Source: Phoronis australis (lineage: Eukaryota; Animalia; Phoronida). Taken from it: a stretch of DNA of 64,000 nucleotides. This document shows, piece after piece, positions 41,801-53,800 of this stretch. The position numbers and the translations under genes are program-made. The notes under the pieces were generated by a model. The model ran no database searches. It saw only the letters and a program-made list of their open reading frames with translations, and was not told the DNA's origin. The stretch covers positions 8,897 to 72,896 of the forward strand of contig NMRA01000522.1 of NCBI GenBank assembly GCA_002633005.1, read 5' to 3'. How positions within the stretch are numbered: the stretch's first letter is position 1; the number at the start of each line of letters is the position of its first letter.

Positions 41801-44800
41801 AGAGCATGATTCCTATGGAGATAAAAATAAGTGGAAACTTACTAAGCATTGTACAGGGCTACTGACTAAGCATTGTACAGGGCTACTGACTAAGCATTGT
41901 ACAGGGCTACTGACTAAGCATTGTACAGGGCTACTGACTAAGCATTGTACAGGGCTACTGACTAAGCATTGTACAGGGCTACTGACTAAGCATTGTACAG
42001 AGCTACTGACTAAGCATTGTACAGGGCTACTGACTAAGCATTGTACAGGGCTTAACTGCCTGTAACCATAGGAGAGTGTAATCAAAAGTTGACTATTCAG
42101 TATTTCTTGTATGCAGCCAAGTGAGAAGGTGGAAAGCATGCCTTGTTTTCTGACAGATAATTAAAAAATACCATGTCACAGCACACTCAGTTCTCAGAAA
42201 TCCAAGCCTGTCTCAAAATCTTGTTCAGTCTAGGGACAGGTTTAAAAGGTCAACTTGGCAAAAACTATTTTATTTGTATAAATATTTGGTGCCTTCCAAA
42301 CATAAAATTTATAACGTTTTTCCCAAATACAATACCTTTGGTTCATTTGTTATATTTATTTTGTGGAATTGGTACGTCTACCACCCTCACTACTCATCTG
42401 ACTGTGCTTTATTTACAATATGATGTAAACAGACTCGAGTCAGAATTGTTTGGCAAAAATCAGCAGAACAAATGCACAAACATTTTTTTGTTTATTTTCT
42501 CCTTAGGTAAGAGCTGATTGGGAAAGTTGTCATAATGCCCACAATTTATCCCCATTTTCACGTTCAATTACAGAAACAAAAAAATTTGAAAATAGATGTG
42601 GTAGACTGTGGCCCTTCAAGCCCTTTCGCAGTTCCAGCTGACCCACTTTTTCATTTTCATATGACAACCAAGTTTTAATCAAACCCGTCCCTGGGGTTTG
42701 TGGAGGCCAGGTCGCACTTCCACAAGTTGTTGCTAAGCTAAGCGTTGGGCCCTACAGTACCAAACATGTTTGCAGGTGTTCTGGCAATATATCTATGAAT
42801 TTTACACTGTAATTCAGATATTTTTATGACTTTTTATTGTTGATCCACTAAAAGTAATCAAGCGTAATCAGGTAAACATCGGAACCAACGTTTGAAAATT
42901 ACTTTCTTAAAATAGACGCCTTTGGTGTATGAACCTCATTTGCTTTTTTGCCGTGGCAACCATTAGATTACAAAAACAAGAAATTGAGCAGTTCGTAGTG
43001 TGATGTTTCTACGTTTCCTTGAGTCGTCAAGCTACGTGAGAGGTTACATCCAGTGATTGCCTTGGTTGTGGCACTCAGTCGACTTGGTTTATGGTGTTGA
43101 TCATTGCATGCGAATATGAACAGCGTTGACGTTTGTATTCAGTAGAAATGGTTTGCTCTAAGGCTTATGGAAAATCCAGGCATGCGTTGGCAATAACGGA
43201 CCTGCAACTGCCTTAGTTGGGACATTTATAAAACTGATGCCTGGCTCTGCCCCTGTTAATACTGTTGTGTAGTTGTGAAGTATTCAAATTCACGATAACA
43301 TGCCAGTGCCTCTCTATGAGTTTTGCTGTAACTTTATTGCAATAGAAAAGTATTCTCGAACAACATCAATCAGTTTATTCGAATCTAATCATAATTAAAA
43401 ATTAGCAGCCACTAATCAAGCATTGCCTTGCACCTAATTCCTTTTAGAAGTAATTAATAAGTTGTTAGTGTAAATTAGAAAAGAAATCATTAGACAATCA
43501 TTAAAATCCGATTCAGGCTAATAACTAGTCATTTACTCTTTGAGAGTATAATGCTGAAATTGTTGAGACTTGCAATAAATACACCACCTGTTCAATTAGC
43601 TCCATTTGTACATTAGACATCAAAAGTTAAGTTCCATTTGCTGTGGACGTAACATGACTTGCCTTTTACCACAAAGAATTTAAAGGAGGAAATGTTGTAA
43701 TTGGTGCAGTAACTTTGTCATTTAATAGCTTTTTCTTTGCTTAACTTTCTGAAACAATCTGGAGATGATTGACAAAGTAAACAGTTCAACAATTAGAGTA
43801 ATTGTTTATGCAACCTTTCGTTTGCATTGTATTAAAAGTGAAAAGTTTTAACAAGCTCTCTGGTGGTCACGTAACATTCATAAATGCATACATGATGTGT
43901 CATCTTAATTTTCTAACTTCGCAGAAACAGATTCCTCTGAGCACATTGCCACATGAACTACATGTGATTTGCAGATTACTACATAAACTACATGTAATCT
44001 GCAGATTGCCACATAAACTATATGTGATTTGTAGATTACTACATAAACTACATGTAATCTGTAGATTGCCACATAAACTACATGTGATCTGCAGATTACT
44101 ACATAAACTACATGTAATCTGCAGATTGCCACATAAACTACATGTAATCTGCAGATTGCCACATAAACTACATGTAATCTGTAGATTGCCACATAAACTA
44201 CATGTAATCTGTAGATTGCCACATAAACTTTATGTGATCTGCAGATTACTACATAAACTACATGTGATCTGCAGATTACTACATAAACTACATGTAATCT
44301 GTAGATTGCCACATAAACTATATGTGATCTGCAGATTACTACATAAACTACATGTAATCTGTAGATTGCCACATAAACTATATGTGATCTGCAGATTACT
44401 ACATAAACTACATGTAATCTGTAGATTGCCACATAAACTACATGTGATCTGCGAAGACTCTCACGTCATTTCCAACCAATGCACACCAACTCCTGCCTTT
44501 ATTTTTTATCTTTGATGGTATCCCTTGATCAATTTTCCTGGGCGAAGTCACTCGACAACTTGGAAGCCATCTCCTGAGAACAATTAATGAACATAGCTCA
44601 ATTATTTTGTCATTTTAGTTTTGTGAGTATGTACTTTGTTTTGTTGCCAACCATATTTATGGATATTTGCTGATTTTTGTGGTTGCAACCCAATATGAAA
44701 TTACATTTTGTGACCATGAACAATGTGGTAGATATCACAAACCAAAAATCAGATGTTTATATAAAAATTTGATATTTCACACCTGCTATATACCTGCTTT

Positions 44801-47800
44801 TTGTCAGTAACACTAGGTGGAGGTACTACTTGATACACGGAGTATATGGCTTTTGACATATGTGATGGGGAGCCACATCAACACTTCTCATTGAGCTTGG
44901 TCTTAGTCAGTAAAGAATGGTCAATTCTTCTCAAGCTGAGAAATTGCGTATAATATAAGAAGGGAACAAGTTGAGACTAAGTTTATAATTATACAGAAAA
45001 CTTTCCAACAAAAAGTTGTTTACCGGTACCTGTATAAAGTAGGTGCGAAGCAGTTTTACACGGTGACAGTTGTCATGGAGCAGCTGATTGCGCGTGTGTG
45101 TAAACACTTCTCATACAGAGCAAGTTGACACCGCTGCGACCATTTTGACACCAATTTCAGAGGTAGAGCGAGTTGCACTCGATCAGTTAGAGTTTCAACT
45201 ACACGACTGTCTAAACACAATTGGGGCAGGGTGGAAGGGGATCATCTTTCAATGCATTTGTGCAATTGCGTATATATGGGTGATTTACTGACAATCCACA
45301 TGGTTTGGACGTTTGCTAATTGTTAATGCGAGCATGTGCAGACAGTCTTCGTGTAAACGACTCATGCTGATCCAGTTTGCCATCTAATGTCCTGTAAATC
45401 CTACTTAAGTGGAATAACTCACATTGCGACAACTGTTCCCATTGTAAAAACAACTTTACAAACAATTACTTGATTGTCTGGTCTTGGTCAATTAAATAGA
45501 AGTACACTTACAAAATATGAGGTGTCAGTTTGGCCTTGGTGATTTAAATGAAAACACACTTACAAACAATGACTTGTCTGTTTGCTCTTGGTTATTTGAA
45601 AACCTGTCTTGGCCTCTTCTGGCACATCCTGAAATTTCCAGCCTTTGTAATTGAAACTGAAACAAACAAAGTGAGTAGTTTGTTGAACAGATAGCATTTT
45701 GTTTTTCTATGTTGTTATAAAGTTGCATTCAATGCACTTTCGCTATAATTATTTACGAACTTGGTGTCATTTTTAGTAAAGGTTTTGCTATTTCTGCCAA
45801 AAGATCTATGGATAGCTCTTTCATTGCAGTGATATATGTGGCATGGTGGCAATACAGTGAGAGAGCACATGAAAACACTACAAACTAAACTTCTAGTTAC
45901 GATATTTATATTTCCTTTTTCTTCGGAACACCTTTTCCTACCATGAGAAGAGGGTCAAAGCTTATGGAAGAACACATAAAATGACATAATAGGAACCACA
46001 AGCATTGAAGTGCACAGTTGTGACCACAAGTGAATTGCCTTTACTAACTTATAAAAACATTTCACTGTTATTTTTGGTAGATTTTTTTAATTTGAAAAAC
46101 GTTAATTTCACTCCAGGTTTTTGCTACGTTTGTTGGATTATAGTGCTACATCAAATTTTACAATGATGTCATACACAGACTTGTTGATAACGTCCTAAAT
46201 AACATTTAAGCCGTTAAAACATAAAACTGACATTGTGTAAATAAATGAAATTACTTAATGCTTGGCAAATGTGGTGGATGTTGTTTGCAAGTTTACAGCA
46301 GCTGAGCAGATTGTCTACAGTTTACAGCAGCTCAGCAGATTGTCTACGCTGCATTTTTGGTTATTTCAAATAACAAAACAAGCTTTGTTCACATATGTGT
46401 GAGGAGTGACAAGTTATTTCATAGCACATATGCTGTTTGGGGAAAAACTTCCACATGATTTCACATTGTTTGAAAGATTTCATAGCGTCTACCGGATTGG
46501 TGGTCCGGTGTTAAGAATTTGAAAGTGTTTTGGGTTTGCCACGAGGCCATGTTTAATTCGTCAAGTCACATTTGCTGTCATCCACATATGTTCCACTTGT
46601 TTGTATGTTAATTTACGTTGGAGTGTAGCAAAGAAACTTAATATTTGTGAATTGTTGTGTAAGTGTATGTTTTCTCTTTATTTTGTTTGTTCAAAATCAT
46701 CTCAAGCTCATTGTGTAGTTGGCTACATACTTTTACCCACTAGGGGTCAGTTTTCATTGTTCCTTCTCCTTATATCCTCGTGTATCGCTAGTGTCCCAAG
46801 GACTTTTTAAAACCATCTTTCATGCTGAAACCATGCTTGGCTGTATTATCTTGATCAACATGTTGGAAATATCAAAAATTGATTTGTAAAATTATGTGTA
46901 TTGGAGAATCCAAAAGTGATGTAGCTTGAGAACAATTCAATGCATCATTGATAACCTGGGTTTGTAGCTTCAAATTGATGTTTAACATGTTAAAACAATG
47001 TATTGTGGCTACACTTAGAGAATATTGAGAAAATCTGTGGGCAAAAATGAGGATGTCCAAAGCATTTGGAAAAATTTTTGAAGAGCAATTCTGAGAATAA
47101 TTTTTGTTTGAAATTGATGAAATTTTAAAGTTATCAGTTAAGAACATAATATCACCTGCACAAAATTAATAAGCAGTCTCCTCATGGATGTCCTCATCAC
47201 TCTACATTGTTGTTGTGCCTGAGTTCGTTTGCCTGGGGGATGCCACCCTTTGCTGAACTGCACCTGTTGAGCCTCAGTGACCAGGAGGATGACCAGCAAA
47301 GTGGCTAAGATCTTGATGGTGTCTGGGTACTGCATTTGTACAGAGGCCTAGGAAGAGTTTATAGGGAATAGTGTAGAAATTGATCAACTCGCTGTTTTGT
47401 ACGAGACAAAATGGTTTCAGTGATATCCTATTATTTTTCAAACAGTAGTAGAAGTAGTATGGTAAATGTTCTCCAGTTTGGAAAGTCTTGGCACACTGAA
47501 ATTCTAGCTAAAATTGAGTTTTCGTGATTCTGAAGATTGGAATGTGAACGATTTGGCATTCATCATATATTACAAATATTGGACAATGTCTTTTGGGTGA
47601 ACAGAGTCTGTTAATGTACTTTATTTTTGGCTGCTTTTAAAGCCATTGAAAATAGCCGCTTTGAATTTGAGAAGCCCAACATTGCCATTCTAAAATTCGG
47701 TATAAGTTCCGACCTCGAGCAAAATAATTTTTTAACAATCCCAAACTGGATGATTTCTGCCATAATAATGTTGGTAATAACGTTAGCAAGAGAATTTTTT

Positions 47801-50800
47801 TTCTTAAAAACCATAAAAGTTCAATCTTTTCATGAAAAAGCAGAAATTTTGAAAACACTTCCTCATAGTGTTTTGGAAAAGAATACAAGCATGTGTGAGA
47901 TATGATATTCTGAAGTTACTAAGTTTGAACATTTTTCTGGGGTCCAACGTAATCTCTAAGACCAAAAGTTTTGTGAAACAGCCCTGTAGTTACTTCCTCT
48001 AAGGTTCTGAACATCTTTAGAAAGTTCGTATAATTAGTTCAAAGAACCTCTGCTGAGTGCTCACATATTGACAAAGTGTCACATATCTTACACAACCTGG
48101 GTGATAGATACTAATTAGACAGATAATATGGCCATTCTTAGTCTCATTAGTACCAGATTCTCTGTATGGACTTCTGCAGATGTTGGTGTTGGCGTACTTT
48201 TACGTTTTAATTGAAAAACATTGTAACCATCTCTGTCAATAGTGGCGAATCATTTATTATTTTTAACGATAAATTCTATGAAATGAAAAGTTGAATCACT
48301 GGAATATATTGTCTGAGGAAGAAGTTTTAACCATGTGGTTTTATCTCCAATTTGTAGTGCTATCTCAGGAAGTTTTAATTATCTGGTATTATCTCGGTTA
48401 CCCATTTTCTTGGTTGCCCAGACATAGTGTTTATCCGGTTTTTCTATGTGCAGCAGCACCACATACCCATGGTAAAGACCCCCTTCAGGTTGAACCTTAT
48501 AGTTTTAACTAGAACTTCCTGTTCTCTGCTTCAAAATGACATTGAATATGCTTTAGTGAGAGTTTATTGCTTTTACCTCCAAACAAACAAAGCTATTGTG
48601 AAGTTTTTAACTTAAAAACAACCAATTATTTGGTTGTTTGTTGTTCAATCCGCACTTTCTTACTTGATTTAGGCTTTGATTAATTAAAAGGAGCCATCTG
48701 TTTGTGCTGGGATAGCTCATGTATGGGAAATCCCTGCTGAAGAGGCCTGAGGGTTCTACACTATTTTTGTCAAAGGAGGGCAGATGAGAAATTAGGATAC
48801 TCAACTTCTTAAGGATTTGACATTATAAAAGGTACCTTCTTAGAGGAAACTTCTGTGTCAAAAGCAAAGTGCTTGTTTGTCAGTACCCCCAAGCACTTTC
48901 TCCGGGCATTGTAAAATTTTTGCAATTATGATAGATTATAGTGTAAAGTATGAAAAACGTGATATAGTAGGCAAAACTCATCAATTATGAATTTTTGGAT
49001 AAAGTAAAATGATGTGAAAAGTGTGTGCTCCTTAAATGATAACTTAATGATGACTACTGAGAGGTGACTGCTTGCTCATCGGATTACTTGCTTCCATTCA
49101 AGTCTATTCTAACTGCATCACAACTCTTCCTCTTCCACTAACTCTTCTTTGACAGTGACACCATATTGTGTGATTGGTTTCTTGTCACAACCGTTAGAGC
49201 TTGCCTATCTGAGTGAAGTTATTGTTTCTCATTGTTAAGGAGTTGCTCAACTCAGAAAATGGTTCATTGTTATGGTAACTTTAGCGCGAAATTTCAAATT
49301 AGTTTGTCATGAAATAGACTTGGTCATTTTCAAACCTACAGGTTTAAAGCACATAGCTGATATAAATCTTGGGGAAAGTCTTGCTGGTTATGGAGTGATC
49401 TGAACCGTTCCATTGAATATGAAGTAACTGTAGATACTTAAGTGTGACAAAGTTTAGTTTACAGTTAATACCGTCATTCTAAAGTCAATGCTTTGTATTT
49501 GGTTCTTGGTTGATAGTACTTTTAAAACAACACTGGGTGACTTTTCATACGATATTGCAAAAGGCTTTAGTTTTAACTGTACTGCGGTATCTCCAGCATT
49601 TTTGTAATATCCCAGTTCCTTCATTTTCACCTGCTGCCAATCTTTTTTAATTAGTCTTCATGTTTCCAGAACCCCTCTCACCTGTTGTGACAATATCATA
49701 TAGTATTCTGATGAAGTTACTTCAGTTTGGAACGCAATAGAGTGGACCAGTGAAATTGTATTTTGTAGCATATTTTCAACAAAAATAAGCATTTATAAAA
49801 CTTAAACTTATGAAAGACCCTAGAAAAATGTTCAAATTTGGCTAAATTTGGAACATCATATTTCAGAAATGGGAGCTCAGATTCATATGAAACCTGCAGA
49901 TATACTTCATGCTCAGTTCTCCAAAACGCATCAAGGGCTATGAAGAACGGGACTTTTATGATTTTCATGAAAAGTCGATTAGGTTGCTTAAAACGAAAAC
50001 GGAAGGATATTTTAGAATACTGTATCAACGTTTTTGTTATCTTGAACATACATACGAAATAAAATTTGATCATGTTATTTATTCTGTTCTTTTGCTATCA
50101 ATGTGCCTTTCTTTTTTGCTAAAATTTATTTATAAGACATGATCACGTGACCAATTACTGGCGGGATGGTAAAAAGTAAAAAATCAAATTGTACAGGCTT
50201 TCTACATTAAGAAAATATGTGCCGAGTTAAAATCTCTGGTTATTTGCCTAAATACACAGACTTTTTACTTATGCCTTGCATAACTTTAACTTGCGCAGTT
50301 TACATTCTACAGTTAGCAACTAAAGTAGGATGGAATGCTGTGCATTTTCAACAATGGAATGAGCTTTGAAAAGTGAAAAATAGCACTGTTGGCCATTATT
50401 TTTATTCAATTAAATCAGTTTTTGGCCACAATAATATCAAAAACCGGACGATCGCCGCACAAATAAAAAAGTTCATGTTCAATTCAACGTTTCGTCTTTT
50501 CATTAGACATCATCAGGATCATATTTAAATTTGAAGACACTTCACCATATACGTAAAAATCAACTCACCTTCTTGCTTCTTAGTAATACCTGTACAAGTG
50601 AAAAATTCAGTCAAAACTGTTTGATGTGTTATGTGTACCACCTTTTATTAGGAGACTAGCCAATCACAAGCGTTGTCGTTGTGTGTTGGCGGATACAACT
50701 CTGCTTATACATTTCTCGTAGTCTGTAATTACCCTAATGTGGACCTAGTAATAATTGCCCTGATTTCAGGTGTATTTTTGTCTATTTAAAATTGGGGTGA

Positions 50801-53800
50801 CACCATCAAAGGGTGTGATGACTGTGCTCCTTAGAAGTAAATAACACCCGCTGTCACATCCGTTAATTAGCAAAAATTATAGCATAGAATTTGGTTTTGA
50901 TTTAAGTTAGATTAGTTGACTTTTGTACGTCAAAGCATTAGCGTTGTATGAATTAATTAATGTGTTATACTTTATACTCGTTTTTACTATTTTTGATCAT
51001 TTGCATAAAATATTTCACAGATTTCTTTTTTCCTGAAAACAGAGCTTCAGGACAACCATGTATTATTGATATGTTTGACGTCAAATTATTAAATGCATTT
51101 AGCATATTGCACTTAACTTAATTAGTATGATAACTGTATATATTATCGGTAGTTGTGACAAGTTGACTTAAAACAAAGAAATACTGATGCAACAGTGCAG
51201 TACCTCTCATTAAATGTTCAAATATCACATCTCAGAAATGGCTAATTTGATTCATGCGAAACTTTCAAATACTCCGCTATGTGCGCTGTTCTCAAAATGT
51301 TTTTAGGAATTGTTAAAATCTGACTTTTATGATTTTTAAACTCAGAAGTTGCATAAAAGGAAAATAACAGTTTAGCGTTTTTTCAATTCAGATCTTTGGA
51401 CAAATATGACTGCCATGGCAACCCTGAAGGCTGTTTTAGTTTCCGACGAGACATTACTTGTGCATCACTTTTTTGGCAATTTTTATGAAACGTAGTACAG
51501 AGGAACACAGTGGGAATGCACCAGCACCAGCACCAGCACCAGCACCAGTTGATTTTCAAACAAATTTGGTTGCGGTGGCACCCCTGTTGGTCCTCTTAGT
51601 TTTTGATAAGAAATTGTGGTTTTATTTTTGGAAAGAAATCTGGACGAAGTTTGCCAACTTGATGTAGAGGTATGTGGCAAGAATATGCCATCGCCAGTCA
51701 ATTTTCAGGGTGATCTGACTTCCTGGTACCTCCTGTTGGCTGTTTTACTTTTTGATGACAAATTCATTTTCTACTTCATTTTTATATTCTTTTAGTTACA
51801 TATTGTTTTAATGATTTGATAGATTTCGTTGAGTCTTGACACAATGGTTTATGGCTAGGATGCACTAACACCTGATTTTTGGACAATTTTACAATTGTAT
51901 CACTGGTTGGCGGATTTGTTTTTGATGACAACATATTGCTTGTTGGTCAAGTACCGTCAAAAGAACTGAACAAATTTATGGAAAAATTGAACATCTGAGC
52001 CCTTGGGCGCTAGCTGCAAAATTATACGTCTACGAATGGGACTTACATGATTCTAACCTGATAGAGTTTGTTATAATGTGTGGCTGTTGGATTTACACTA
52101 TGACCTCATAGATACTCATAGTCTATGATGGCCTATGGTGCTAGTTTGGTTTCAACTAGAGTGTTGTAATAAAGTGTCTTTGATACTGAGTTTCCTCAGG
52201 TCTTATATTTGTGTCTCATTTCAGACGTGTGAAAGCTCACTAAAGCATAAAACAGAACTGGTTACCAAACTAGAGCAGAAGACTGTAGAAATGGCTTCCA
52301 TGTTGAAAAATGTGGAAGAAAAGTAAGTTTTTCCTTTCAACTTTCTATGTTTTTGTTTTCTTAAAAAGGGTTTGTTTCATTGAACCTGCTTATTGAGGTT
52401 CACACTACATTTGGATGTTTTATAACCTCTGTAAGCCTTCGAGTTAGTCTATTTAAATTGGTTTACTCTAAAACTTTGAGTGTGCTGTTAACGAGATATG
52501 GGTGCTTAAGTGTGAAATGTAAGAAACTAGTATAGAATGTTAATACTTGCATAGGCACTTGTCCTGGCATGGTGATGTAAATTGGAATTACACAGGGCCA
52601 AAGTTAAAAGAATAGGAGACTTTTCAAATTGGCGCTCTCTAGACTAATGAGAGCACAGATGTGATTTCGGATTGATCCTGATTGATTTGGTGGATAGAAA
52701 TTCAATTACTACATACTCAGTGGTTCATTAATTTAAAAACAGATGAATAAATTCCACTGTCAGTCCCTCCCATTGGTTGATTAGTTTAAGTTCAGTAATT
52801 TAATGTTGCTTTTTGACATTGGCTGTGATGAAATTCTAGCATTTTATCAGCCGCAACCACTGACTTTGTCGTACGTGGATACGTCTTTGCAGTGGGAAAT
52901 AGATGGAACGTGATGTCCTTGTTCATCCGGTGACATTTCAAAAGATTATTCATAAGACATTTAGTAAATCCCTCTTCACAGCAATGGAAAACATTATAAT
53001 GGCAGGAAAGATGTGAAAATGCTTATTATACCAGTAGGTTGAAATCTCCTGTCGGCATTACATTGGATTTGTAGGTTGTACTGAACACTTGTTCACCAAA
53101 GACCTGATGTTAACTGGCGAGTTAGTGAATTTCAATATGACACGGTTATTTCAAAAGTCAGCTATTAGTTACAACTTATTTATCATGGCATGTTGCCAAC
53201 ACGCAAGTGTTCGCTAACCAACATGTGTGTAAGTCACTAAGTGACTGGAGAAAATTGAAAAAATACCTATCAAAATTCTAGGACTGACCTGCCAAATAAA
53301 TATCAAAGTCGTTGAAGATGCAAATCATTGAATTCTAAGCCTAAACCTCCTTTGTTCACAGTTTGCAAGGAATTAAAACATCTTATTACCATGTGTTACA
53401 AGGCAGTAGCTGTCATATTGATGTACTGTGATGGTGCAATGTATGTCACAAGTAAACACATTGATTTCATGAAACTTCATATTCAGTAATCAGCTGTGCA
53501 TGAAACAAAAGTCTCCAAATACATTAAATTTGTGTTGATTTCCACTAGAGGGCGTATCCTATCATTCTTTGTACGTGTACTTGTCATATGTGGATTGGGT
53601 CGTCCCAAATAGGTCATCTAGAAACATGGCAGCCACAAAAACATCATGTGACCTCTCCATGCTTGCTTGCTACTTAATTCTGAACATGTCACTACCTAGG
53701 CTGGGGCTTGGCTACTGAAACTGTAAGAAAAGGTAGATTCTTCATAAAATTAAATTTATTGCAGCACATAATGTTAGACCATGGCTGACAATGGTCTTGG

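Noticed and set aside
41224-42139. Possible CRISPR-like arrays and periodic ORFs
   Set aside because: Tandem satellites lacking variable spacers; no cas genes.
43802-44515. 237-aa and 175-aa ORFs with His/Cys repeats
   Set aside because: Translations of a stop-free 30-bp minisatellite on both strands; no gene context.
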